This document shows positions 20,239 through 28,853 of a DNA stretch of 64,000 nucleotides, one piece after another. Made by a program: the position numbers and the translations under genes. The notes under the pieces were generated by a model. The model saw only the letters and a list, made by a program, of their open reading frames with translations, did not search any database and had not been told where the DNA came from. Origin of the DNA: an uncultured Acidobacteriota bacterium (GTDB lineage: Bacteria; Acidobacteriota; Thermoanaerobaculia; UBA5066; Gp7-AA6); contig CAWDEF010000001.1 of assembly GCA_963801275.1 (NCBI GenBank), forward strand, positions 522,162 through 586,161, given 5' to 3'. Position 1 is the first letter of the stretch. The number at the start of each line of letters is the position of its first letter.

Positions 20239-20293
20239 GTATCGGAAATTCTAACCGGTTACAGGATTCCGCAGGCGTCCGGCGAGCCCGCGG

Positions 20294-21046
20294 TCAACGC
20301 AGCGGCGCGCGCGAAGAGCCCAAACGGCGGGCGCCGGCCGGCCGCTTCTCGCCGCGCCTGCCCGGTCCTTCGGGTGCCCCGGGAGCCGGAGCGCCCTGCG
20401 CGGCGAGCGCAACGCCCTCGAAGCTCAGACGGTGCTCCGGGCAAGGCCCGTATTGCCGGAGGGCCTCCCAGTGCTCGGCCGTGCCATAGCCCTTGTGTTG
20501 CTCGAACCCGTAGACCGGGTAGCGTCGCGAGAGCTCCCGCAGGAGACCGTCGCGATGCACCTTGGCGACGATCGAGGCCGCGGCGATGGAGGCGCACAGC
20601 GCGTCTCCGTGCACGACGGGAATCTGGGGCCTCCGAAGGCCCGGGATGCGGACGGCGTCCACGAGGACCGCGTCGGGCTGCGGATCGAGCGCCTCGACCG
20701 CCTGCCGCATCGCCGCCAGACTCGCCCGGAGGATGTCGCGTTCGTCGATCTCCGTCGCGGGAACCTGACCCAGGCCGACGGCGATCGCCCGGGCACGCAC
20801 TTCGCGCTCCAATCGGGCTCGCATGGCCGCATCGAGGCGCTTGGAATCGTCCAGACCCGGGAGAACGCAGCCGTGCGGCAGGATGACCGCCGCGGCGACG
20901 ACGGGTCCGGCAAGGCAGCCGCGGCCCACCTCGTCGACGCCGGCGACCCTTGCGTAGCCCCTCCGGTCGAGCTCCGCCTCGAGTCGGTTCAGACCCGCCA
21001 GACGACCCAGCTCCGCAAAGAATGCGGAGAGCGGGTCGACGGTCAC
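20294..21046 (-). CDS. rnhB: Ribonuclease HII
   Basis: AGVDEVGRGCLAGPVVAAAV, DDSK, VLVDA, GDA..SIAAASIVAKVHRD, HKGYGT. Confidence 0.95.
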   Translation of the reverse strand: MTVDPLSAFFAELGRLAGLNRLEAELDRRGYARVAGVDEVGRGCLAGPVVAAAVILPHGCVLPGLDDSKRLDAAMRARLEREVRARAIAVGLGQVPATEIDERDILRASLAAMRQAVEALDPQPDAVLVDAVRIPGLRRPQIPVVHGDALCASIAAASIVAKVHRDGLLRELSRRYPVYGFEQHKGYGTAEHWEALRQYGPCPEHRLSFEGVALAAQGAPAPGAPEGPGRRGEKRPAGARRLGSSRAPLR

Positions 21047-21064
21047 GGGACGCGGGTCCTCCCC

Positions 21065-21445
21065 CTAGTCGACTCGTTTCTCTTCGACCCGCTTCTCGTC
21101 GACCCGCTTCTCGTCGATGCGCGCGGCCTTCCCCCTGCGCTCGCGCAGGTAGTACAGCTTCGCGCGCCGCACGGCACCCTTGCGCTCGACTTCGATGCGG
21201 TCGATCACGGGAGAATGCAGCGGAAAGATTCGTTCCACGCCGATGCCGCTCGAGATCTTTCGGACGGCGAACGTCTCGCGAATCCCGCCCCCGCGGCGCG
21301 CGATGACGACGCCCGCGAAGACCTGGATGCGCTCTTTCTCTCCCTCGCGGACCTTCACGTGGACGCGAACGGCGTCTCCGGGGGCAAAGCTCGGAATGCC
21401 CTTGCGCAGGGCAGGCTTCTCGATCTCCAGCAGGGTATCGGTCAT
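21065..21445 (-). CDS. rplS: 50S ribosomal protein L19
   Basis: Start [10 protein letters not shown] with SD AAGGA; [45 protein letters not shown]. Confidence 0.97.
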   Translation of the reverse strand: MTDTLLEIEKPALRKGIPSFAPGDAVRVHVKVREGEKERIQVFAGVVIARRGGGIRETFAVRKISSGIGVERIFPLHSPVIDRIEVERKGAVRRAKLYYLRERRGKAARIDEKRVDEKRVEEKRVD

Positions 21446-21510
21446 GACGGATTCCTTCGGCGTAAACGGTGAGTCTATACGGAGTTGCGCTGATATTGCA
21501 ACCCGCCTTG

Positions 21511-21578
21511 ATCCCGCATCCCGCATCTCGTATCCCGAATCCGATGGCGCAGATACAGGATCCGAGAATCGAGATTCA
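21511..21578. repeat. Inverted array of degenerate heptamer repeats
   Basis: ATCCCGC-ATCCCGC-ATCTCGT-ATCCCGA-ATCCGAT, short spacer, then AGATACA-GGATCCG-AGAATCG-AGATTCA in the opposite sense. Confidence 0.6.
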
Positions 21579-22286
21579 GGGCTCTTCGCCCTCACCCGGC
21601 TCCTCGGGTCGCCGAGCCAGGAGATCGGGGCGTCGGGCCCTGGTGCGCTCGAAGGCGCGGGCGCGTCGCCATTTTTCGATTCGGGCATGATCGCCCGAGA
21701 GCAGCACCTCCGGCACCGCCAGGCCCCGGTACTCTCGCGGCCGCGTGTAGTGGGGATAGTCCAGCCGCTCGCCGATGAAGGACTCGCGGACGACCGATTC
21801 CGCTCTGCCGACGACTCCCGGCACGCGCCGCGACAGGGCCTCGACGAGGGCGAGTGCCGCGGCCTCACCGCCCGAGAGCACGAAGTCGCCGAGCGAGACC
21901 TCCTCGTCGAGCAGGCCCAGGCCTCGCACGCGCTCGTCGATGCCCTCGTACCGACCGCAGACCAGCAGGAGACGGTCGCGCCCTGCGAGCCGCTCGACCA
22001 GCGCCTGATCCAGCCGCTGTCCGTCCGGCGACAGGAGGACACGCCATGCCGGGGGGCTGCCTTGCCGGGCCTCGATCGCCTCGGCGACCAGGGGCGCGGC
22101 GAGAATCATGCCGGGTCCGCCGCCGTACGGCTCGTCATCGGCCTTCCGGTGGCGATCACGCGAGTAGGCCCGCATGTCCGTCACGGTGACCTCGAGCAGA
22201 TGCGCCGCAATCGCGCGGCCGAGAAGACTCTCCTCGAGGGGAGAGCGGAAGTATCCGGGAAAGAGCGTCAGAATCTCGATGTGCAT
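21576..22286 (-). CDS. trmD: tRNA (guanine37-N1)-methyltransferase
   Basis: [55 protein letters not shown]. Confidence 0.97.
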   Translation of the reverse strand: MHIEILTLFPGYFRSPLEESLLGRAIAAHLLEVTVTDMRAYSRDRHRKADDEPYGGGPGMILAAPLVAEAIEARQGSPPAWRVLLSPDGQRLDQALVERLAGRDRLLLVCGRYEGIDERVRGLGLLDEEVSLGDFVLSGGEAAALALVEALSRRVPGVVGRAESVVRESFIGERLDYPHYTRPREYRGLAVPEVLLSGDHARIEKWRRARAFERTRARRPDLLARRPEEPGEGEEP

Positions 22287-22319
22287 GCAGTGGAGGCGGG
22301 CCTGCCGGCCCCCGCCAGT

Positions 22320-22838
22320 CTAAAGCTCGAAGAGCCCCTCGGGCGGCTCCAGCACGATGCGGCGGCCCCCCGCGTCGACAGCCGCCACGATGGCGGCGAC
22401 GAAAGGGACCAGAACGGCTCTTCCGCCGGGCGTGCGGACGGTGAGCAGCGGCCCCGCCGGGGTTTCCTCGAGAGCCCCGACGGTGCCGAGCGGGCGCCCC
22501 CGCGAGTCCTCGCACCGCCAGCCCTCGATCTGATGGCTGTAGTAATAGCCCTCGGGCGCCGGAAAAGCCTCCTCGGTGGGGACCGAGATCTCGCCTCCAG
22601 CGAGTTGCCGGGCCTGCTCGGGGGAGCTCACGCCTTCGAAAAGGAGAAGCCAGCGCTGCCCGTGAGGCCGGGCCGAAACGAGCACGAGTCGTCGCTCCTC
22701 CTCGCCCCGGCGCCAGAACACGCGTGCGCCCGCGCGGAATCGCTCCGGAAACGCGGTCGCGACCTGAACCGACACTTCCCCGGCGAGCCCGTGCGACCGG
22801 GCCACCGTTCCGAGCAGGAGGTCCGGCGCCGGCGTCAG
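22320..22838 (-). CDS. rimM: Ribosome maturation factor RimM (probable CTG start)
   Basis: Canonical position between khpA and trmD; LLLGTVARSHGLAGEV N-terminal motif, EGYYYSHQIEG, LVPFV, PPEGL. Confidence 0.9.
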   Translation of the reverse strand: MTPAPDLLLGTVARSHGLAGEVSVQVATAFPERFRAGARVFWRRGEEERRLVLVSARPHGQRWLLLFEGVSSPEQARQLAGGEISVPTEEAFPAPEGYYYSHQIEGWRCEDSRGRPLGTVGALEETPAGPLLTVRTPGGRAVLVPFVAAIVAAVDAGGRRIVLEPPEGLFEL

Positions 22839-23065
22839 TCCTTCACGCGCACATTGGCGCGCTTTCCCCGGGCGGCGGCCACGGCGTTGACGAATCCGCG
22901 CAGCGCGCGAACGGTTCGGCCGTCCCGGCCGATCAAGCGGCCGCGGTCGGCCTCGGGGACGGCGATTTCGTAGACGGAGGTCGCCCCTTCGAAGCTCTCG
23001 CTCACGCGCACCTCGTCGGGATGGTCCGACAGCCGGCGCACGACCGTCTCGACCAGGCGTCGCAT
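22835..23065 (-). CDS. khpA: KH-domain RNA-binding protein
   Basis: 76 aa with DRGRLIGRDGRTVRALR (GxxG loop); lies between rpsP and rimM. Confidence 0.92.
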   Translation of the reverse strand: MRRLVETVVRRLSDHPDEVRVSESFEGATSVYEIAVPEADRGRLIGRDGRTVRALRGFVNAVAAARGKRANVRVKD

Positions 23066-23319
23066 CAGGACGCGGCGGGAGCCGCCGGCTCGGGACGGGC
23101 GAGCAGCGACTGGATCGTCGGCGAGACGAGGGCGCCGCGGCTCATCCAGTGCCGGGCGCGTTCCCGGTCGAACGTCAACCGCGCTGGGTTGACGACCGGA
23201 TCGTAGGATCCGAGCTCTTCCAGCACCTCGGCGCGCGCCGTTCGACGCGAGTCGGAGACTACGATGCGGTAGTAGGGACGGTTTCGGGCGCCCATGCGGC
23301 GCAGGCGGATCTTGACCAT
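23065..23319 (-). CDS. rpsP: 30S ribosomal protein S16
   Basis: MVKIRLRRMGARNRPYYRIVVSDSR..LGSYDP..WMSRGA. Confidence 0.97.
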   Translation of the reverse strand: MVKIRLRRMGARNRPYYRIVVSDSRRTARAEVLEELGSYDPVVNPARLTFDRERARHWMSRGALVSPTIQSLLARPEPAAPAAS

Positions 23320-23416
23320 GTCGGCGGACATCCTTTCTCGAACGAAGCGGTGCATTCTAGCAGCTTGGTCGATGCCGCGCTCTGCGTCGCAAACGGCTGG
23401 CGGGGCTAGTCTTCGA

Positions 23417-24757
23417 TCATTTCGGGGCCGGCAGGGGCAGTTTCGCGAAGTCCATGCCGCGAGTCCCTTTTCGGGCCATCTTCATGAGCTTGCGCATCTG
23501 CTGGTACTGCTTAAGCAGCTGATTGATCTGGGCCACGGAGGTTCCGGATCCGGTGGCGATGCGTTTCTTGCGTGAGCCGTTCAAGATCTGAGGGTAACGG
23601 CGCTCCTCCGGCGTCATGGAATCGATCATCGCCGAAACCCGGGCGAGGGCCTTCTCGTCCACCGACTCGGGAGCCGAAAGACCCCGGAACGGCCCGCCCT
23701 TCGGCAGCAAATCGACGAGCGACGACAGCGGACCCATCTTCTTCATGGAGGCGAGCTGGTCCTTCAGATCCTCCAGCGTGAATTCGCCCGAGGCCGATCG
23801 GTCCGCGATGCGCCGCGCGGACGCCTCGTCGACCTGCGCCTCGACCTTCTCGATGAAGGTGAGGACATCTCCGAGGCCCAGGATCCGCGACGCCATCCGA
23901 TCGGGGTGAAAGGGCTCGAAATCCTCGGGCTTCTCGCCCACCCCGACAAACTTGATCGGCCGATCCAGGGTCGAGACGACGGTCAGGGCGGCGCCGCCGC
24001 GCGCGTCCCCGTCGGTCTTGGTGAGAATGATCCCCGTCAGGGGAAGCACGGCGGCGAACCCGGCCGCCGACCGCACCGCGTCCTGCCCGGTCATGGAATC
24101 GGCGACGAAGAGGACCTCGCCGGGCGAGATCGCTTCGATCACCGAGCGGACCTCTTGCATCAGCCCCTCGTCGAGGTGGAGCCGGCCCGCCGTGTCCACC
24201 AGGACAGTGTCGCGCCCGGTCAGGCGCGCCTCCGCGAGACCCTCGCGTGCGACCGTCACCGGATCGGTCCGGCCTCCCGGATCGAAGACGGGAATTCCGA
24301 TCTGGCGCCCGAGCGTCTGCAGCTGCGCAACCGCGGCCGGCCGCGCGAGATCGGCGGCGACGAGCAACGGGTATCGTCCTCGCGCCTTCAGGTGCAGGGC
24401 GAGCTTTGCCGCGGACGTCGTCTTTCCGGAGCCCTGGAGTCCCACGAGCGCGATCACCGCCGGACGCCCCGAAAGGTCGACCTCCGCGCGCCGCCCACCC
24501 AGCAACGCGATGAGCTCGTCGCGGACGATTCGCGTGACCTCCTGCGCGGGCGAAAGCTGTTGAAGGACCTTCGCTCCAACGGCCCGGTCCTTGACCCGGG
24601 CCGTGAACTGGCGCACCACGGGCAGCGCCACGTCCGCCTCGAGCAGGGAGAGCCGAATCTGCCGGAGGGCCGTTTCCAGGTGGTATTCGGTCAGGTGGCC
24701 TTCGCCGCGCAGCTCCTTGAAGACGCCCTGAATCCGATCCCCAAGCCCCTCGAACAT
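23417..24757 (-). CDS. ffh: Signal recognition particle protein
   Basis: LLEADV, GLQGSGKTT, DTAGR, TKTDGDARGG, FHPDRMASRILG, SMTPEER M-domain. Confidence 0.97.
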   Translation of the reverse strand: MFEGLGDRIQGVFKELRGEGHLTEYHLETALRQIRLSLLEADVALPVVRQFTARVKDRAVGAKVLQQLSPAQEVTRIVRDELIALLGGRRAEVDLSGRPAVIALVGLQGSGKTTSAAKLALHLKARGRYPLLVAADLARPAAVAQLQTLGRQIGIPVFDPGGRTDPVTVAREGLAEARLTGRDTVLVDTAGRLHLDEGLMQEVRSVIEAISPGEVLFVADSMTGQDAVRSAAGFAAVLPLTGIILTKTDGDARGGAALTVVSTLDRPIKFVGVGEKPEDFEPFHPDRMASRILGLGDVLTFIEKVEAQVDEASARRIADRSASGEFTLEDLKDQLASMKKMGPLSSLVDLLPKGGPFRGLSAPESVDEKALARVSAMIDSMTPEERRYPQILNGSRKKRIATGSGTSVAQINQLLKQYQQMRKLMKMARKGTRGMDFAKLPLPAPK

Positions 24758-24844
24758 CCCGGTCCTCCCCGCGCGACTTGCGCGCCCGAAGAGATTAACG
24801 CCAAAAAGGGCTCCCTCGGGCCGAGGTCCCCCCGGGTTTCTCAG

Positions 24845-24872
24845 TTGACAGGTCTGCCCGATGGGATATCAT
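24845..24872 (+). promoter_or_regulatory. Sigma70-type promoter for the lipoprotein gene
   Basis: TTGACA (24845-24850), 16 nt, TATCAT (24867-24872) in an AT-richer intergenic region. Confidence 0.65.
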
Positions 24873-24944
24873 TCCTGCTCAATTTTTCCCTTAGGGATTC
24901 TCTTGCGCTGAGAGATTGGGAGACGAAAGAAGGAGATGAGGTTT

Positions 24945-25178
24945 ATGAAGAAGTTTCTGACCCTGGGCCTTGTGGCGGTGCTGGGAGTGGCGCTCGTCAC
25001 GGGATGCAAGAAGAAGGAAGAGGCCGCTCCGGCAGAGACGACCTCCACCGAGGCCCCGGCCGTGGTTGAGGAGTCGGGCACGACGGCGACCAGCACGATG
25101 GCGACCGGCACCGAGTCGACCTCCACGATGGAGACCACGACGACGTCCACGGCCACCACCTCGACCGGGACGAACTAG
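24945..25178 (+). CDS. Small Thr/Ser-rich lipoprotein
   Basis: SD AAGGAG; MKKFLTLGLVAVLGVALVTG-C lipobox; low-complexity T/S/E mature chain. Confidence 0.85.
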   Translation: MKKFLTLGLVAVLGVALVTGCKKKEEAAPAETTSTEAPAVVEESGTTATSTMATGTESTSTMETTTTSTATTSTGTN

Positions 25179-25205
25179 TCACCGGTTTCGGAGAAAGAGG
25201 AATCT

Positions 25206-25238
25206 GCGAGGCCCCCGTCCAGGGGGCCTCGCTCTTTT
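25206..25238 (+). terminator. Rho-independent terminator
   Basis: GCGAGGCCCCC-GTCCA-GGGGGCCTCGC, an 11-bp stem followed by TCTTTT. Confidence 0.8.
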
Positions 25239-25262
25239 CGGCCCGGCGTACACTCGATCGCC

Positions 25263-26363
25263 GTGCTTTCCCTCTGGGCGGAAATCGGCCTCGCCGCCGC
25301 GGCGGTGGCCCTGGCGGCCGACGCCCTGCGAACCCGCTCGCGCGCGGCCAGACTCTCGGAGCGTCTTTCATCGCGCGAACGCGAGACACACCTGCTCGCC
25401 GAGTCTCCGGACGCGGACACGATCCTCCAGAGGGCCTACGAGGCCGTGTCGCAGCTGCTGCCCATCTCGCGATTCGACCTCTATACGATCGACGACGCGG
25501 GCTGCGTCGAGGACGTCTGGACACTCGCGAGCCAGGAGCAGGGTCGGCCCCCGCGCCGGAATCCATCCAGCCCGCGCCGCGGCCAGACGATCGACGCACT
25601 GCGACTGCGGGACCTGACAGCCACCGAGACCGGCCTGTCCTTCGCGCCGAGAGACCTGCTCGCCGGCGGCCCAGCCACGAAGCAGCTGCGCCTGCCGCTC
25701 TACTCGGGCGATCGCCTGATCGCGCACCTCGACCTGTCGAGCCCGACAGAGGTGGGCGATCCGGTGAAGGGAGAGATCCGAGCGCTGCTCGCGCCGCTGA
25801 CGGCGGCCCTGCACGCTTCCCGCAACTGGAAGATCGCCGTGACCGACGAGCTCACGGGCCTCGCGTCGCGCAGGTACTTCGAAAGCCGGCTCGCCGAGGA
25901 GTGGTCCCGAAAGGAACGCTACGGAACGTCTCTGTCCGTCGCGATCTTCGACCTGGACCGGTTCAAGACCGTCAACGATACGTACGGTCACGCCGCCGGC
26001 GACCGCGTCTTGCGCCGCTTCGGCGAGATCGTGCGGCGCGAGATTCGATCGACCGACGTGGCCTGCCGGTACGGAGGCGAAGAGTTCGCCGTCCTCTTCG
26101 CCGAGGCCACGGCAGACGCCGCGAGCGCGGTGGCGGAGCGGATCCGGCGGGCGCTCAAGCGCGAGGTCTTCGAGTGGGAAGGGGCGTCCTTTCGCGCCAC
26201 GGTTTCCGCGGGGATCGCGGGCTCCAACGGGGCTTCGGAACGACTCGACCTGCTCTTCCGCGCCGACAAGTCGCTCTACGCGGCCAAGGAGAGGGGCCGC
26301 AACCGCGTGTTCGTCTGGGGATCGGAAAAGGCCGCGTCCGTGAGGAGATCGCGCCGGTCGTGA
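25263..26363 (+). CDS. Diguanylate cyclase (membrane anchor, GAF-like region, GGDEF)
   Basis: TDELTGL, DLDRFKTVNDTYGHAAGD, RSTD I-site, RYGGEEF, ADKSLYAAKERGRN. Confidence 0.92.
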   Translation: MLSLWAEIGLAAAAVALAADALRTRSRAARLSERLSSRERETHLLAESPDADTILQRAYEAVSQLLPISRFDLYTIDDAGCVEDVWTLASQEQGRPPRRNPSSPRRGQTIDALRLRDLTATETGLSFAPRDLLAGGPATKQLRLPLYSGDRLIAHLDLSSPTEVGDPVKGEIRALLAPLTAALHASRNWKIAVTDELTGLASRRYFESRLAEEWSRKERYGTSLSVAIFDLDRFKTVNDTYGHAAGDRVLRRFGEIVRREIRSTDVACRYGGEEFAVLFAEATADAASAVAERIRRALKREVFEWEGASFRATVSAGIAGSNGASERLDLLFRADKSLYAAKERGRNRVFVWGSEKAASVRRSRRS

Positions 26364-26495
26364 GCGGCCGAGTCGGCTCGCCGTGGCCCTGCGCATCGAG
26401 ACGAAGTGGCGGTGGTATTCGCGCTCGCCGGACGACAGCCGTCCGGACGTCGGCGCAGACGCCGAGCTCTGCGTCCAGGAGGGAATGCCCGCCCA

Positions 26496-26699
26496 CTATC
26501 TCACCTTCCGCGAGGCCGTTCGCGCCAGACGGGAGAGCCAGCGGCGAATCCCCCGCTCGAGCCGCCCTGGCCGGAAGAGACTTTCGAGCGCCGCCGCGTG
26601 GCTCCGGATCCACGCCTCGTCGTCCGGGCGGACGCCGACTTCGGCCAGGCGCTCGCCCGTCTCGCGGGCCAGCCGCGAGAGAACCTCGCGCGGCGTCAT
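26496..26699 (-). CDS. Small hypothetical protein (67 aa)
   Basis: ATG overlaps the GT4 stop (ATGA); MTPREVLSRLARETGERLAEVG...; no recognisable domain. Confidence 0.5.
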   Translation of the reverse strand: MTPREVLSRLARETGERLAEVGVRPDDEAWIRSHAAALESLFRPGRLERGIRRWLSRLARTASRKVR

Positions 26700-27763
26700 C
26701 GGCCGGCGATCCCGGCCGCCGCGAGCAGAGTCCCGATGGTCTGCTCCCAGTCGAGCGCCTCGGCCCGAGCTCGCCCCTTCTCGCCCATCCGCGCGAGGAT
26801 CTCCGGTTTCCTCCAGGCCGTCTCCAGGGCCGCGCCGATCGCTTCCGGACGCGCGGGCACCACAAAGCCCGTGTCTCCATCCTTGACGAACTCGAGCGGG
26901 CCACCGGCGTCCTCGGTTGTCAGCACGGCCCGTCCCGACAGGAACGCCTCGAGGGGAACGTAGCCGAGATCCTCCCCCGATGGAGCGACCGTCACGAGAC
27001 GGGCGGAAGCGTACAGTTCGAGGAGCTCCTCGTCGGTGGCGGCAGGGATCCATTGGATGCGCTTCGCGACGCCGAGCTCGCGGGCGAGTCGGCGCAGGCG
27101 CTCTCCCTCGGGCCCCTGTCCCACCAGCACCAGGCGCACGCTCGGTGCGCAGGCGAGGGCCTGGACCAGCAGGTCCGTGCGCTTCCAGGCGTCGAAGCGG
27201 CCGACCGAAAGCGCGTAGTCGCCGGGCGGGCCCGAGCGGTATCGGCCCACCAAAGGCGGCGGATGGTAGAGCGGCTCGCTGTCGATCCCGTTGAATCGCC
27301 GCAGCCGGTCCGCGACCGTCGCGGAGTTGGCGAAGACGCGCCTTGCTTCGGTCAATCCCACGCGGTCGATCTCGGCGACCGCCTCGCGGGTCCGACGGTC
27401 TTCGGACGAGGCGGTCAGGTCACTGAAGGGGGTGCCGAACTGGTCGTAGGCCTGGCGGTACTGGTGGATGAGCCATACCACCTTGTTCGGATGCCGCGCC
27501 GCGTAGCTCGGGAAGCGGGTCGCGATCACCGCGTCGACCGGCCGGCCGCCGGCCTCCGTCAGGTCGAGCATCCGCCAGGCGAGGGCGCTTTGGATGATGT
27601 CGAAGCGCTCCCGCTCGACCAGAGGGAGCGTCACCAGATCCGCTTCGACCCCGCGGGCATTGAGCTCCTCCGTCAGGCGGCGGACGTGCTTCTCGGCGCC
27701 TCCGCGCACGAAGAGGCTCTGCACGGCCAGGACGAGAACACGAGCGGGCGGCGACGCCCTCAA
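26696..27763 (-). CDS. Glycosyltransferase family 4
   Basis: TTG start in a TTGA overlap; GGAEKHV, ANSATV, VGRFDAWKR, EDLGYVPLEA (Ex7E), GGPLEFV. Confidence 0.92.
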   Translation of the reverse strand: MRASPPARVLVLAVQSLFVRGGAEKHVRRLTEELNARGVEADLVTLPLVERERFDIIQSALAWRMLDLTEAGGRPVDAVIATRFPSYAARHPNKVVWLIHQYRQAYDQFGTPFSDLTASSEDRRTREAVAEIDRVGLTEARRVFANSATVADRLRRFNGIDSEPLYHPPPLVGRYRSGPPGDYALSVGRFDAWKRTDLLVQALACAPSVRLVLVGQGPEGERLRRLARELGVAKRIQWIPAATDEELLELYASARLVTVAPSGEDLGYVPLEAFLSGRAVLTTEDAGGPLEFVKDGDTGFVVPARPEAIGAALETAWRKPEILARMGEKGRARAEALDWEQTIGTLLAAAGIAGR

Positions 27764-28848
27764 GGCTTCGGAACGCGCGCGATCAGCGCGTAGTCCTGCG
27801 GGCCGAACAGGAGGCGGTTCAGCTTCGCGTCGTTTCCGGTCGTCTCCGCCAGCCGCTCGCTCTCGGGAAGCGGCGCCCGATATTCGACGCGCCCATCCGA
27901 GAAGCCCGCCGCCTCCGCGAGGAAGGCGAGCGCGGCGGGAGGAACCGGCCGCACGTGCGTCGGATCCAGGAAAAAGGTGCGCAGGGCCGAGAGGGAGTCG
28001 GTGTTGACGGTTTCCACCACGAGGATGCCTTCCGGCTTGAGCGCTCGCCGCGCCTCGCGAAGAAACGCGAAGATCCGGGCGGCGGGCCAATGCTCCACGA
28101 CCTGGAAGGCGACGACGGCTCCGAGGCTGTCGGGCGCTCTCGCCGCGAGGCGGGAAAGAGCCTCGCCCTCTTCGACCTCGAGCCCCGTCTCGCGGCAGAG
28201 GCGCACGGACACGGGATTCGATTCGATCCCCACGGCGGGAATTCCGGCATCCCGCAGCAACCGGAGGAACTCTCCGCGGCCGCACCCGGCATCGATCACC
28301 GGACCCGGTGCCTCCCGCACGATGGCGACATACGCGCGCTGGCCCTCGGCAATCGCCTCGGGAGAGCCGCGAAACCGTTCCTCGAAAAGGCTGTAGACCG
28401 CGGGCGGAAGCTCCTCGGCCCGGGCTTCCCGGGCGGCCTCCGGGACGGCGAGGCCCGAGGGCGCCGCCTCGAGCAGGCCGAAGCGCGCGTCCTGGATGGC
28501 GGCCCGCCGTCGGAACTCCGACAGGTCGCGGTGCACCGCGTCTCGAAGTTCGGCAAATCGCACTTCCCTCTCCTGCCGCATTCGGCGGAGGGCATCCAGG
28601 GTCAACGCGTTGAAGGCTCCCTGATCGCGCCAGAGAAAGCGAAATCCCCGGAGAAGCATTCGCTTGACGACGGCCGCTCTCGCGCCTACGGGCACCGACG
28701 GCGTGAGGTACGCCTCCGCCAGACGCAGCGAATCCGGAGCGCCGCGATCTTCGTGCGTGGCGCGGGCGGCGGGAGGGACCGCGGCCGCGACGGCCGCCCG
28801 GATCTCTTCGGCCAGCTCCTGTTCGAGTGTTTTCCCGGTCTCCGCCAT
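27760..28848 (-). CDS. Class I SAM-dependent methyltransferase with N-terminal helical/coiled-coil region
   Basis: Real start MAETGKTLEQE; FEERFRGS, VIDAGCGRGEFL, FQVVEH, LKPEG, ETVN, DPTHVRP, GPQDYALIAR. Confidence 0.88.
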   Translation of the reverse strand: MAETGKTLEQELAEEIRAAVAAAVPPAARATHEDRGAPDSLRLAEAYLTPSVPVGARAAVVKRMLLRGFRFLWRDQGAFNALTLDALRRMRQEREVRFAELRDAVHRDLSEFRRRAAIQDARFGLLEAAPSGLAVPEAAREARAEELPPAVYSLFEERFRGSPEAIAEGQRAYVAIVREAPGPVIDAGCGRGEFLRLLRDAGIPAVGIESNPVSVRLCRETGLEVEEGEALSRLAARAPDSLGAVVAFQVVEHWPAARIFAFLREARRALKPEGILVVETVNTDSLSALRTFFLDPTHVRPVPPAALAFLAEAAGFSDGRVEYRAPLPESERLAETTGNDAKLNRLLFGPQDYALIARVPKP

Positions 28849-28853
28849 GGGAC

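Noticed and set aside
21065-22042. 325-aa L19 or a trmD-rplS fusion
   Set aside because: The upstream part is another frame of trmD; rplS has its own SD and ATG at 21445.
26380-26699. TAG readthrough or pyrrolysine extension of the small minus-strand ORF
   Set aside because: Sequence after the TAG is Ser-rich shadow-like and runs antisense through the diguanylate cyclase; no pyl genes are seen.
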